Of a stretch of DNA of 64,000 nucleotides, positions 40,846 through 51,305 are shown piece by piece. Every line of letters starts with the position of its first letter. Position 1 is the stretch's first letter. The DNA is taken from positions 836,727 through 900,726 of the forward strand of contig JAGWFT010000001.1 of NCBI GenBank assembly GCA_028867755.1, read 5' to 3'. A program made the position numbers and the translations under genes. The notes under the pieces are model-generated. The model was not told where the DNA came from and made no database searches. It was given only the letters and a program-made list of their open reading frames with translations. Origin of the DNA: Nitrososphaerota archaeon. GTDB lineage: Archaea > Thermoproteota > Nitrososphaeria > Nitrososphaerales > Nitrosopumilaceae.

Positions 40846-42068
40846 CACTGGATTGGATATCACGAGATGGAAAACTGATACTTGGTGCGCGAATCGTAAG
40901 GACATTTTCTTACGGATTTCTAAGCGTTACTTTGGCAATCTATCTTAGTTTGCTTGGGTTCAATGAAATACTGATTGGTGTTGTCTTGACTGCAACTCTG
41001 GTAAATAGCGTAATTTTCAACTTGATATCAAGTGCATATGCAGACAAGATAGGACGAAGGAAATTTTTGATACTTTATGCAATCTTGATGATTGTCTCTG
41101 CTGTCATCTTTTTTATGACAAATAACTATGTTGCACTAGTTGTTGCAGCACTCATTGGCACAGTCAATGTAACAGGCTCAGAAGTAGGTGCATTTCTGTC
41201 CCTTGAGCAAGCAATATTGCCACAGACTGTGAACGATGAAAAGAAACGAACTTCAATTTTTGCTATCTATAACATGGTTGGCATGTTTGCCATGTCAGGC
41301 GGCGTGCTGCTCTCAGGATTACCACACATTTTTTCGCAGAAATTTGGCCTTGATGAGACAAGTGCAATCAAGTTTCTCTTTATTGCATATGCTGCTTGTG
41401 CATTGGGCGCTCTTGCAATATACCTTGTCTTGTCTCCAAAGATTGAGGCCCAGTCAAAGAACAGTAAAACCAATTCGCCATTTAGTGGAATAACTCAAAA
41501 GTCTCGTGGAATAATTACAAAAATGTCATCTTTATTTGCAATTGATTCTTTTGCGGGTGGATTTGTGATACAAAGCATAGTATCTTTTTGGTTCTACACA
41601 AAATTTGGGGCTGATCTTTCTACACTGTCTTACATATTTACAATTGCGGGAATACTCACCGCTGTATCGTATCTGTTAGCAAGCAAGATGGCATCAAAGA
41701 TTGGTCTTGTCAATACGATGGTATACACACACATACCGTCCAACATACTTCTAATACTTGTGGCATTTGCACCAACTTTTCCACTTGCCATTGGGTTATA
41801 CTTTGCAAGGATGAGCATATCGCAGATGGATGTTCCAACGCGTCAATCATATCTTATGGCGGTGGTAAATGAAAACGAACGCGTTGCAGCTGCTGGAATC
41901 ACCAACACATCAAGAAACATTGCTCAGGCAGTAAGTCCATCTCTTGCAGGAATAATAATTGGGTCACTTTTGTCTGCCCCTTTTGTGATAGGTGGTACAC
42001 TAAAACTTGTATACGATGTTGCATTATTTCTTAACTTTAGAAAAATAAAGCCACCTGAAGAACTCTAG
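40842..42068 (+). CDS. MFS transporter
   Basis: ADKIGRR motif A; about 12 TM helices. Confidence 0.92.
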   Translation: MTLDWISRDGKLILGARIVRTFSYGFLSVTLAIYLSLLGFNEILIGVVLTATLVNSVIFNLISSAYADKIGRRKFLILYAILMIVSAVIFFMTNNYVALVVAALIGTVNVTGSEVGAFLSLEQAILPQTVNDEKKRTSIFAIYNMVGMFAMSGGVLLSGLPHIFSQKFGLDETSAIKFLFIAYAACALGALAIYLVLSPKIEAQSKNSKTNSPFSGITQKSRGIITKMSSLFAIDSFAGGFVIQSIVSFWFYTKFGADLSTLSYIFTIAGILTAVSYLLASKMASKIGLVNTMVYTHIPSNILLILVAFAPTFPLAIGLYFARMSISQMDVPTRQSYLMAVVNENERVAAAGITNTSRNIAQAVSPSLAGIIIGSLLSAPFVIGGTLKLVYDVALFLNFRKIKPPEEL

Positions 42069-42955
42069 GTATTACTTGTCTTTTCCAGATATGCAAGAAT
42101 TCCAGTATAGTCGATATTTCCAAACCCGTCCTTGACTGCATTTTGGTACAACTCGTTTGCAAGTCTTGCAACAGGCAATTTTGCCCCAAATTTCTTGGCA
42201 GTGTAGTTTATCTCATCCAAGTCTTTTTGCATCACATTTAGAAAGAAACTTGGCTCAAAGATTCCCTTTGCCATCTTTGGTCCCTTGAGAAGGCTCATTC
42301 CTGTCTTAAAATAGGTGGAGTTTAGCACATCTAAGAAAAGAAGCGGGTCTAGGCCAGACTTTTTTGCAAACATGATTCCTTCTGATATTGATAGTGCCAG
42401 AATTGCAATCTGCAAGTTCATGGCAAGCTTCATTGCATCAGCAGCACCATTTTCTCCTAGGTAAAATGTTTTCTCCCCGATAGAATCAAAAACTGACTTG
42501 AATCTTTCGTATGATTCTTTTTTTCCTCCTATCATGACAACCAGTTGCCCTTTTTCTGCAAGGGAGGGCCCACCCATAACAGGACTATCAATCATTGTGA
42601 TTCCATACTTGGAATAATTTTCAGCTATCTTTTTTGATGAAATGGGATTGATTGTGCTCATGTCAGCAACTATTAGTTTTTCATGCTTGCCATGTATGAT
42701 ACCATCCTTGCCAAACGCCACTGATTCAACAGCGTTAGCATCTTTTACTATTGTGATTACAAGGTCAGATTTTTTGGCCACTTGTTTTGGAGATTCTGCA
42801 ACTTGGGCGCCCAAGATTTTCAGTGATTCTGTTTTTTCCTTTGTTCGGTTGTATACCATAACTTTGTGTCCTGTACTAAGAAGGCGTTTTGCTACTGCTG
42901 TGCCAAGCAATCCTGTGCCAATAACTCCAACATTCATCATATCATAGTTTTTCAT
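42065..42955 (-). CDS. NAD(P)-dependent beta-hydroxyacid dehydrogenase (3-hydroxyisobutyrate/6PGD family)
   Basis: IGTGLLG, DMSTI, DSPVMGG, MKLAMN, QKD. Confidence 0.9.
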   Translation of the reverse strand: MKNYDMMNVGVIGTGLLGTAVAKRLLSTGHKVMVYNRTKEKTESLKILGAQVAESPKQVAKKSDLVITIVKDANAVESVAFGKDGIIHGKHEKLIVADMSTINPISSKKIAENYSKYGITMIDSPVMGGPSLAEKGQLVVMIGGKKESYERFKSVFDSIGEKTFYLGENGAADAMKLAMNLQIAILALSISEGIMFAKKSGLDPLLFLDVLNSTYFKTGMSLLKGPKMAKGIFEPSFFLNVMQKDLDEINYTAKKFGAKLPVARLANELYQNAVKDGFGNIDYTGILAYLEKTSNT

Positions 42956-42981
42956 GACAGTATTTTTTTCTATTGTATTAG

Positions 42982-43506
42982 TTACGATACAAGAGCTTTG
43001 AATCTGTCGTCATTTCGTAGAATGTCAAAATCCTTGTCTCCGCTGGCTTTTGCCCCATACTGTGGATCAAGAACTATGGCACGCTCAAGCAGTATCAGGG
43101 CTCCCTCAGTATCTTTCTGGAGTGATTTGCTACATGCCTTGTGATACAAGGCATTGGGTTGATCTTGCAGTTGTGATAAAATTTTGTCATAGCATGATAC
43201 TGCCTCATCATATCTTTGGAGATAATGCAGTGCAAGTCCCTTGTTTAAAAGGCAGGCAGTATGGTTTGGCAATATCTTCAAAACTGCGTCATAGGCAGAA
43301 ATTGCCTCATTGTACTTGCCTATCTTTCCTAGTGCATTTCCCTTGTTAGTCAAGGCATTCAAGTGTGCGGGGTTTACTGTTAGAACCTTGTCAAAGTAAA
43401 ATATCGCATCTCGCGGCTTGCCACGCTTTGCATGACCTAGACCAATGTTATACAAATACTCGAGGCTTGCCTCTTCGTCATCTGTAGAAAAGTGTATTCC
43501 TTTCAT
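42982..43506 (-). CDS. TPR-repeat protein
   Basis: Repeated A..NKG.AL..L..Y.EA...YD..L pattern. Confidence 0.9.
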   Translation of the reverse strand: MKGIHFSTDDEEASLEYLYNIGLGHAKRGKPRDAIFYFDKVLTVNPAHLNALTNKGNALGKIGKYNEAISAYDAVLKILPNHTACLLNKGLALHYLQRYDEAVSCYDKILSQLQDQPNALYHKACSKSLQKDTEGALILLERAIVLDPQYGAKASGDKDFDILRNDDRFKALVS

Positions 43507-43589
43507 GTTTGTACGTATTTCTCTCTATTTGATAAAAGCTATTGTATCTTGGTCAAACTGATAAAGTACTGGTGATTATATCATAAGAT

Positions 43590-43709
43590 ATGGAAAAGCT
43601 AAGGGCGTGCCCAATCTGTCCTAATTGTGGTTCCAAAAAGTTTGACAGGATACAGGCAAAAGATACCGTTGTTAGATGTGTAAAATGTGGAAAGACAATA
43701 ACCATTTGA
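43590..43709 (+). CDS. 39-aa zinc-ribbon microprotein; not in ORF track
   Basis: MEKLRACPICPNCGSKKFDRIQAKDTVVRCVKCGKTITI; CPxCG and CxxCG. Confidence 0.6.
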   Translation: MEKLRACPICPNCGSKKFDRIQAKDTVVRCVKCGKTITI

Positions 43710-43756
43710 GAATTTTAAATATTGTATGAAACTATTGAGATTTAGATAAAACTAAA

Positions 43757-43963
43757 TTATTGTAAAGGGTCTGATTTGAGAAACTCTGTACTCTCTTTTT
43801 CAAACAAGTCTGATTTTTCTTTTGCTTGTTTGATGACTGAATATAGTTTGAACAGCAATTCATCGCTAGGATTGGTTGTTTCCAAGGTCTTACGGTCTAT
43901 GCCATGCTCTTCTATTGCTTGCAATATATCATCACACGATACCTTTGAATTCAATTTGCTCAT
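43757..43963 (-). CDS. Small hypothetical protein
   Basis: 68-aa ORF with ATG and an upstream TTTAAA box. Confidence 0.55.
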   Translation of the reverse strand: MSKLNSKVSCDDILQAIEEHGIDRKTLETTNPSDELLFKLYSVIKQAKEKSDLFEKESTEFLKSDPLQ

Positions 43964-44008
43964 GTTGGTTCAAAATTAATCCTGTATTTAAAAATTTTCT
44001 CGAGTGAC

Positions 44009-44428
44009 TCAATTCAAAAATTTTGTTTGGTTGACATTTGTTTTCGATATCAAATCCTTGACCAAGTTTACTATATCATTGATATCAAATGGTTTGTATA
44101 TGACTGCTGAAGCGTGCAGTTCCTTTAATCGTTCAGCCGTTGCAGCTACCAGATCTGCTGTGACCATTATCACTATTGCATTGGGATTAATTTCTCGAAT
44201 TTTTTCTAATGCATACAGTCCATCTCCGTCTGATGTGAAAACGTCCAGAAATGTTATGTCTGGCCTAAGAGTACGATACATCTCTACAGCTTCTTGGCCG
44301 CTATGTCCTTTGCCAACAACTTGAAAGTCCTTTAATTGCAAAAGCTCTACAAACAGGTTCAAAACATCCTGGTTGGCATCTATAGCTAGTGCTCTCAGTT
44401 GTTGTCTCTTCTCTCCCAACAATAACAA
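44009..44428 (-). CDS. Stand-alone response regulator receiver domain
   Basis: FLDV (phospho-Asp), MVTA, KPFD. Confidence 0.9.
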   Translation of the reverse strand: MLLLGEKRQQLRALAIDANQDVLNLFVELLQLKDFQVVGKGHSGQEAVEMYRTLRPDITFLDVFTSDGDGLYALEKIREINPNAIVIMVTADLVAATAERLKELHASAVIYKPFDINDIVNLVKDLISKTNVNQTKFLN

Positions 44429-44812
44429 ATACTGAATTTCCTATTTAAGGTATTTTTTATCAAATGTTTGCCTTTAAAGGATTATTTGTAAAATCGTAAC
44501 ATGCGTTGTACATTTGTTCAATTGATCTTTAGATGTAAATGATCAAAAGTGCTAGTTATGGTAAACTGCAGCCTGTTCTACGATACCATGTTTCAAGGGA
44601 AAACATTGGTAAATGCGCCACTTGAGTTTTGTTGTCTGTAACTTGTTTTGATTGATTTTATTCTTCTACAATCTTCACTTGAAAATCTCTAGTATTTCTA
44701 TGCCCGCTGCTACTATCTGTCATATCTTGTTTGGGACTTGGGCTAGAATTTTCGCTTGTCTGGGCATGAATATGTTGTACGTTTTTATTTCGATTATTTT
44801 CAATTATCTAGC

Positions 44813-45811
44813 ATGGCAAGAACTTGGAAAGATTCCGATGTAAGTCTAGATCCGATAAAGAATGAAACTATCGCAGTACTTGGATATGGGATTCAGGGCA
44901 ACGCGCAGGCAAACAATCTAAAGGACTCTGGTCTTAATGTCATCGTAGGAGTAAAGGAATCTGGGACTAGCTGGAAGAAAGCAAAAGAAGATGGCCACCA
45001 AGTAATGTCTGTTCAAAAGGCATGTGAAAAAGCTGACATCATTCATGTCTTGATTCCAGATATGGTTCAAGCTCAAGTTTACAAAGACGATATCGCGCCA
45101 TATTTGAAAACAGGCAAAGCATTATCATTTTCTCACGCTGCTGCAATATACTGGGGATGGATTACACCGCCAAAAGATGTTGATGTTATAATGATAGCTC
45201 CAAAAGGACCTGGCTCGAAGGTTAGAGAAACATACCAGCAAAACTTTGGAACTCCAGCAATTGTTGCAGTTTATCAAGATCACACCAAAAAAGCTTGGGA
45301 CAGAACACTTGCTATTGCAAAGGGCATAGGAAGCGCAAGAGCAGGAGTAATTGAGACAACTTTCAAAGAAGAAGTTGAGACTGATTGGTTTGGTGAACAA
45401 GTGGACCTTTGTGGAGGTTCAGCATCGATGGTAATGAATGCGTTTGAGACTTTGGTTGAAGCAGGATACCAACCAGAGATTGCATACTTTGAAGTGCTTC
45501 ATGAATTAAAATTAATTGTAGACATGATTCAGCGATACGGAATAGCTGGAATGTATCGAAGAGTAAGCGAGACTGCAAGATATGGTGGCTTGACTCGCGG
45601 TCCTATGGTGATGGACAAAGAGGTTAAAGAGAAGATGAAAAAGGCACTAAAAATGATACAAGACGGTACGTTTAACCAAGAATGGACAAGCGATTACAGA
45701 AAGAATGGCAAAAATGCATTTGACAGACACATGAAAGAGATTGAGGCACATCAGGTAGAACAAGTAGGCAAGAAGATGCGAAAGATGATGTGGCCTGATT
45801 CCACAGAATAA
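44813..45811 (+). CDS. ilvC: Ketol-acid reductoisomerase
   Basis: GYGIQG, APKGPG, ETDWFGEQVDLCGG, EIAYFE; ATG 44813. Confidence 0.96.
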   Translation: MARTWKDSDVSLDPIKNETIAVLGYGIQGNAQANNLKDSGLNVIVGVKESGTSWKKAKEDGHQVMSVQKACEKADIIHVLIPDMVQAQVYKDDIAPYLKTGKALSFSHAAAIYWGWITPPKDVDVIMIAPKGPGSKVRETYQQNFGTPAIVAVYQDHTKKAWDRTLAIAKGIGSARAGVIETTFKEEVETDWFGEQVDLCGGSASMVMNAFETLVEAGYQPEIAYFEVLHELKLIVDMIQRYGIAGMYRRVSETARYGGLTRGPMVMDKEVKEKMKKALKMIQDGTFNQEWTSDYRKNGKNAFDRHMKEIEAHQVEQVGKKMRKMMWPDSTE

Positions 45812-45816
45812 TGTAT

Positions 45817-46236
45817 CTAGCCTTTAGTTTTTGTTAGATTAGACTGGATAAAACCAATTATTGTAGGCAGTGGTGTACCTGGTCCAAAATTTCCAAGCAC
45901 GCCTGCTTTTTCAAGCTCTGACTTGTCGTCCTGTGGAATTACTCCGCCTCCTATTACAAGCACGTCATTGATTCCTTTTGCTCTGAGGGCTTTGACAACT
46001 CTTGGAAATAGTGTAAGATGTGCGCCATTTAGCAAACTTAGTGCGATGACATTGACGTCTTCGTCTTCTGCAATTTGTGCAATTCTTTCTGGTGTGGCAA
46101 ATAATCCGGAATAAATGACTTCCATTCCAGCATCTCTGAATGCTCTGCATAACACAAGGGCTCCCCTATCATGTCCGTCCAGTCCTAACTTTGATACCAA
46201 TATTCTGACTCGTTTTGTTTGAGTCTTCTGTGACAT
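45817..46236 (-). CDS. Methylmalonyl-CoA mutase cobalamin-binding small subunit
   Basis: KLGLDGHDRGA (DxHxxG), GGGVIP. Confidence 0.95.
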   Translation of the reverse strand: MSQKTQTKRVRILVSKLGLDGHDRGALVLCRAFRDAGMEVIYSGLFATPERIAQIAEDEDVNVIALSLLNGAHLTLFPRVVKALRAKGINDVLVIGGGVIPQDDKSELEKAGVLGNFGPGTPLPTIIGFIQSNLTKTKG

Positions 46237-46343
46237 GGTGTTAAAAGTACAAAATGGGTTTTAAAACCTTTATTTGAAAATTCTACAAATATGTATGCTT
46301 TACCATTATTGCAACAAGATTTTATTGTACGTGTGGTACGTGA

Positions 46344-47267
46344 TTGTTCTATATGGATTTGGTAAAGGATCTCAAGCGAGGTAACAGGAGAGCCATTGCA
46401 CGAGCCATATCTATAGTTGAAAATAACGAAAAAGAGGCAAGAATTCTAATCAAAAAAATCTTCAAGAGTTCTGGCCAATCTCTTACTATTGGAATAACTG
46501 GACCTGCAGGTGCTGGCAAGAGTGCCCTAATTAACAAAACAAGCATTGAACTCAAAAAACTTGGCTACAAGGCAGCTGTTCTTGCAATAGATCCAACAAG
46601 CCATCTCACAGGAGGTGCAATTCTTGGAGACAGGGTTCGTATGACAGAATCAACAGACTCTGGAATATACATTCGTAGCATGGCATCAAGGGGTGCAACA
46701 GGTGCAGTGTCGATGGCACTGCGAAATAGCATCAGAATATTAGAGTTTGCAGGATTCAATCCGATAATAATTGAAAGCGTTGGGGCAGGACAGACAGAAG
46801 TTGACATATCGCGAGTTGTTGATATCACAACGGTGGTCTTTAACCCTAACACAGGAGACAACATTCAAACGATAAAAGCTGGCCTAACTGAGATTGGAGA
46901 TATTTATCTAATTAACAAGAGTGATCTTCCTGGAGCAAACCAACTATTTGATTCAGTAAGGGATTTCATAGGAATGTCAGAAAAAAACCCACTTGTCATG
47001 ATGACCTCTACTAAATCAAACAAGGGAATTTCGGAATTTGCAAAAAAGCTGCAGGGACTAATGGAAACTGGGAAAAAATCCAAGAAACAAAAGGAGGAGA
47101 TGCGACTTGATATGGAACTAAGGGATATTATTTTAAATAATGTTAAAAATAAAGTGAGCAACATGCTTGATTCAAGTAAGACTTATGCTAAATATCTCAA
47201 ACAAGTACAAACAAAGAACTTGGACCCGTTTGAAGCTGCAGACAAGATGGCTAAAACATTAAAGTGA
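46344..47267 (+). CDS. meaB: MeaB/ArgK GTPase chaperone
   Basis: GPAGAGKS, AIDPTS..TGGAILGDRVRM, ESVGAGQ, NKSD. Confidence 0.95.
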   Translation: MFYMDLVKDLKRGNRRAIARAISIVENNEKEARILIKKIFKSSGQSLTIGITGPAGAGKSALINKTSIELKKLGYKAAVLAIDPTSHLTGGAILGDRVRMTESTDSGIYIRSMASRGATGAVSMALRNSIRILEFAGFNPIIIESVGAGQTEVDISRVVDITTVVFNPNTGDNIQTIKAGLTEIGDIYLINKSDLPGANQLFDSVRDFIGMSEKNPLVMMTSTKSNKGISEFAKKLQGLMETGKKSKKQKEEMRLDMELRDIILNNVKNKVSNMLDSSKTYAKYLKQVQTKNLDPFEAADKMAKTLK

Positions 47268-48847
47268 GAATTATGGCAGATAAAATAAAAACTGATTCCA
47301 ACATTCCGGTAAAGCGCTTCTACGACTCTAAAGTTAAACCAAAAAGCAAGAATGAGCTGCCAGGAAAACATCCGTTTACAAGAGCAATTCACCCTGGAAT
47401 GTATCGAGACAGACTTTGGACGATGAGGCAGTATACAGGTTTTGGAACAGCTGCTCAGACAAATCAGAGATTCAAGTATCTGCTTGAGAGGGGGCAGACA
47501 GGTCTGAGCATGGCGTTTGACTTGCCTACGCAGATAGGATACGATGCAGACGACTCGCATGCAGAAGGCGAGGTGGGAAAGGTGGGAGTATCAATAACGT
47601 CGCTCAAAGACATGATGACGTGCTTTAATGGAATACCGCTTGACAAAGTAAGCACATCTATGACAATTAACTCCACAGCTTCGACATTGCTCTCCTTGTA
47701 TATTGCAACAGGCGAGTCACAGGGAGTAAAAAGTGAGCAGCTGCGTGGCACCACACAAAACGATATTCTCAAAGAATACATTGCAAGAAACACATACATC
47801 TATCCGCCAAGACCGTCAATGAGGTTAATTGGCGACATGATAGAGTACTGCTCAAAAAAGGTACCACAATGGTATCCGATATCTATATCAGGATATCACA
47901 TGCGAGAAGCAGGATGCAATGCGATACAGGAAGTTGCGTTTACACTTGCAAATGCTATCGAGTATATTGACACATGCGTTGACCGAGGCCTTAAGATTGA
48001 TGATTTTGCTCCAAGGTTGTCATTTTTCTTTTGTTGCACAAGTGAATTCTTGGAAGAAGTTGCCAAATTTCGAGCTGCAAGAAGAATCTATTCAAAGATA
48101 GTAAAGGACAGATTCCATGCAAAAGACAAAAAATCAATGCAGCTCAAATTCCATGTCCAGACAAGTGGTGAGTCATTGACTGCACAACAGCCAGACAATA
48201 ACATTGTCCGAGTTGCAATCCAGTCCATGGCAGCAGTGCTAGGGGGATGCCAGTCTCTTCATACCAACTCAAAAGACGAGGCACTTGCATTGCCAACTGA
48301 AGCTGCTGTAAAAATTGCATTAAGGACACAACAGATTGTGGGTCACGAAAGCGGAATAACAAAGAGCGTAGACCCGCTTGCAGGCTCCTATTACGTGGAA
48401 TATCTGACTGACAAGATAGAAGACGAGGCAAACAAGTATCTAAAGAGAATAGATAGAATGGGCGGATCGCTTGCAGGAATTGAGAAGGGCTTTTTCCAGT
48501 CTGAAATTAGGCAGAACGCGTACAGGCTCAAAAAAGAGATAGACAGTAACGAGCGTGTCATTGTTGGGGTAAACAAGTTTACAGACTCGACAGAAGAAAA
48601 ACCAGAAATAATGAGAATTGATGACAGCATTCAGGTACAACAGATACAGAGCCTAAAAGAGCTCCGCAGTACACGTGATAACAAAAAGACAGAAGCTGCG
48701 CTATCAAAGATGAAGAATGCTGCTGAAAAAGAAGAGAACTTGATGCCTTTCATCTTGGAATCTGTGAGAAGCTATGCTACATTGGGAGAGATAAGCAACA
48801 CATTTCGGGAAGTCTTTGGTATATACCAGCCAAAGGAGTCATTTTAA
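47264..48847 (+). CDS. Methylmalonyl-CoA mutase large (substrate-binding) subunit
   Basis: WTMRQYTGFG (Tyr consistent with methylmalonyl specificity), GTTQNDILKEY, SISGYHMREAG, SLHTNS. Confidence 0.96.
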   Translation: MRIMADKIKTDSNIPVKRFYDSKVKPKSKNELPGKHPFTRAIHPGMYRDRLWTMRQYTGFGTAAQTNQRFKYLLERGQTGLSMAFDLPTQIGYDADDSHAEGEVGKVGVSITSLKDMMTCFNGIPLDKVSTSMTINSTASTLLSLYIATGESQGVKSEQLRGTTQNDILKEYIARNTYIYPPRPSMRLIGDMIEYCSKKVPQWYPISISGYHMREAGCNAIQEVAFTLANAIEYIDTCVDRGLKIDDFAPRLSFFFCCTSEFLEEVAKFRAARRIYSKIVKDRFHAKDKKSMQLKFHVQTSGESLTAQQPDNNIVRVAIQSMAAVLGGCQSLHTNSKDEALALPTEAAVKIALRTQQIVGHESGITKSVDPLAGSYYVEYLTDKIEDEANKYLKRIDRMGGSLAGIEKGFFQSEIRQNAYRLKKEIDSNERVIVGVNKFTDSTEEKPEIMRIDDSIQVQQIQSLKELRSTRDNKKTEAALSKMKNAAEKEENLMPFILESVRSYATLGEISNTFREVFGIYQPKESF

Positions 48848-48848
48848 A

Positions 48849-49247
48849 ATGAGAATAGATCATGTCGCAATAGCTGTTAACAACTTGGATGAGGCAGTAA
48901 AGGAATATCGAAATGCACTTGGGGTAAAAGAAGTAGAGTTTGAGACAGTGGAGGCAGAAGGAGTGCGAGTTGCAATACTTCATCTAAATAATTCAAGAAT
49001 TGAGTTGATGGAGCCAACAAAGGATACAAGCCCAATCAAGAAATTTCTTGACACAAGAGGGGAGGGCTTGCACCACATTGCGCTTGAAACCGAATCAATA
49101 GAGGGAGAAGTTGACAGGATGAAAGGTACGGGAGTGAGATTTCTTGGCGACGTGCGAGCAGGATCTAGGGGAACAAAGATTACATTTATCCACCCAAAAT
49201 CGCTTCACGGTGTGCTAACTGAGCTCTGCTCGCATCCAAAAAAGTAA
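48849..49247 (+). CDS. mce: Methylmalonyl-CoA epimerase
   Basis: IDHVAIAV, IELMEP, GEGLHHIA, FIHPK; operon with the mutase. Confidence 0.93.
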   Translation: MRIDHVAIAVNNLDEAVKEYRNALGVKEVEFETVEAEGVRVAILHLNNSRIELMEPTKDTSPIKKFLDTRGEGLHHIALETESIEGEVDRMKGTGVRFLGDVRAGSRGTKITFIHPKSLHGVLTELCSHPKK

Positions 49248-49295
49248 GTTAACAATTCCTAGGCCTTGCTAGACTCAGTTCTTTTTTTGCTAATT

Positions 49296-50156
49296 TTACT
49301 CAAAATGGGGATCTTTTTTGGCAAGACGGAAATGCGTTTCAACCTCAGAATATGCCTTTACAATATCTGTAGAACTTATGATGCCCTCAAGAGATCCATT
49401 ACTGTCAACTACTGGTATCCCACTTACCGTGTAATCTGTCATTAACTTGGCAGCAGTAGCCAGATCGTCTTGAGTCTCCACTGTAAGCAATTCATCTTTT
49501 ATTAGATCCCCCACCCTCATCTCCTTAGCATTGGCGCTGGGTAAAAGATAATCACGCGTACTCTTGCTTGCCTTGAAAAAACCACTATTTCTTAGAAATG
49601 TATCATATGTGATTACACCAACCGGATTTCCTTCGTTATCAGTAACTACCAATCTTGAGATCTTGTTCTTGTTTAACATGTCTAAAGCAAAGAGTAGCAA
49701 ATCTGTCTTGCGACAGGTGATTATCTTCTTTGACATGTAATCTGCAACTCTGTAGGCTCTAGCGTAAAGACTCGCAAAAATTCTTGCCAAATCAGATTTT
49801 GTTGTAATTCCAACTAGTTTACCCTCGTTATCTACAACAATCACGGAACTTATCTGAAATGTATCCATCCTAATAGCTGACTGTGTTGCAATATCTTCAT
49901 CTTCTACAGATATGGTAACTAGATTCCTGTTCATTATATTATGAATAGGTATCTTATCGAGAGTTTTTGTTGTCTTGTCGTGCTCCAAGAATCTCCCCAT
50001 GTCGCGCTCTGTAACTATTCCAATAGGAAAATTATTCTGTACAATGACAACTCGTTTTATGTCATTTTTTTGCATTAAAAATAATGCGTCATTAATGGTA
50101 CCTTCTGGTTCTAGTGTTATGACAGGTGAGGTAAATTGTCGTATTTTAGACATCAT
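49296..50156 (-). CDS. Four-CBS-domain protein
   Basis: Repeated GIVTERD / GITTKSD / GVITYD / GIISSTD CBS motifs. Confidence 0.92.
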   Translation of the reverse strand: MMSKIRQFTSPVITLEPEGTINDALFLMQKNDIKRVVIVQNNFPIGIVTERDMGRFLEHDKTTKTLDKIPIHNIMNRNLVTISVEDEDIATQSAIRMDTFQISSVIVVDNEGKLVGITTKSDLARIFASLYARAYRVADYMSKKIITCRKTDLLLFALDMLNKNKISRLVVTDNEGNPVGVITYDTFLRNSGFFKASKSTRDYLLPSANAKEMRVGDLIKDELLTVETQDDLATAAKLMTDYTVSGIPVVDSNGSLEGIISSTDIVKAYSEVETHFRLAKKDPHFE

Positions 50157-50240
50157 CGTATCATCTTTACTTGTATCACATTTAAAATCCGGGCTCTATT
50201 TTCAAACATGATTTTCATCTTGAAAAATTTTTTACAACTC

Positions 50241-50585
50241 TTAACTCTCAACTAATGTAGAATTAGGAACAACCTCAACTTCAAGTGAACCATTGTTAAA
50301 ACAAGTCATGATTGACTTGACCTTGGATTTGTACAAAAAATATTTTTTACCATCTTGACTGATAGAGCCTGAGATGCCAAGCAGCTTGTGCCTGTGCAGC
50401 ATTTGCACTCTGCGATAAGCGGTGCTGATTGGTATGCCACATTCATTAGCCAAGTCAAGGGCTGATTTTGGCATGTCTATTGTATACTCTAGTATGGTTC
50501 TAGAATACTTGTCTGCCAAGATCTCAAGCAAGACATCTTTTGTTGTCTCTTCTTGTATTGGTTTTCCTTGTAGCAATACTTGCAT
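50241..50585 (-). CDS. ArsR-like winged-helix regulator
   Basis: ILADKYSRTIL...SALDLANECGIPISTAYRRV. Confidence 0.88.
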   Translation of the reverse strand: MQVLLQGKPIQEETTKDVLLEILADKYSRTILEYTIDMPKSALDLANECGIPISTAYRRVQMLHRHKLLGISGSISQDGKKYFLYKSKVKSIMTCFNNGSLEVEVVPNSTLVES

Positions 50586-50707
50586 AGGTCATATTGGTTA
50601 AGATTTGATATAACAAGTAGGAATGCATTGCCGTGCAGTGCACCTAGAGCGCTACCATGTCAGTATAATTATATAAATCAGTAATGAAAACCTAGAAACC
50701 TATCTAA

Positions 50708-51286
50708 ATGACTGTCAAGCGAAAACCGCATCCTGCAAAACATGAAGAGACAAGAAGCATAAGTTACAGATTGCCAACACATGTAGTAGAAGAATTAGAG
50801 ACAGAAGCAATGCAGAAAAAAATTTCTCAAAATGTTCTTGTAAGACAGATTTTGGAAAAATATGTCAACTGGGATAGGTTTGCAGAAAACATCGGTATGA
50901 TACCTGTTCCAAAGGACATCCTCAAGACATTAGGTGAAGAGATGGAAGGAGACTCAATGAACAAGATAATCGATGTCATGGTTCCGCTAGTAAAGGACTG
51001 GGTGATGTTCATGAAGGGCAATTACGATCTAAAACGTGCTATCGAGGCTTTTGAAGATTACATGAAGGCATCTGGCATGACATCAGACCATAGAATAGAA
51101 GGCGAGGTTCACCACTTTATTGTACAACACAACCTTGGCATCAAGTGGTCGCTTTTTACGGAGATGCTTTTGAAACAGATCTTTCATCAATTCCTACCAA
51201 ACCTTGCAGTAAACTCGCGCACTACCCCAAATACGGCCATAATTAGTACTGCCCTTGGGTCCGATTTTAGCGAACACAGTTATTGA
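50708..51286 (+). CDS. Protein with N-terminal ribbon-helix-helix-like domain
   Basis: TRSISYRLPTHVVEELETEA...SQNVLVRQILEKY. Confidence 0.7.
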   Translation: MTVKRKPHPAKHEETRSISYRLPTHVVEELETEAMQKKISQNVLVRQILEKYVNWDRFAENIGMIPVPKDILKTLGEEMEGDSMNKIIDVMVPLVKDWVMFMKGNYDLKRAIEAFEDYMKASGMTSDHRIEGEVHHFIVQHNLGIKWSLFTEMLLKQIFHQFLPNLAVNSRTTPNTAIISTALGSDFSEHSY

Positions 51287-51305
51287 AAAATATCTTAGAT
51301 GTGCA

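Noticed and set aside
46259-46270. Palindrome GGTTTTAAAACC between mutase small subunit and meaB
   Set aside because: Best explained as a shared or bidirectional TATA element; short and AT-rich.
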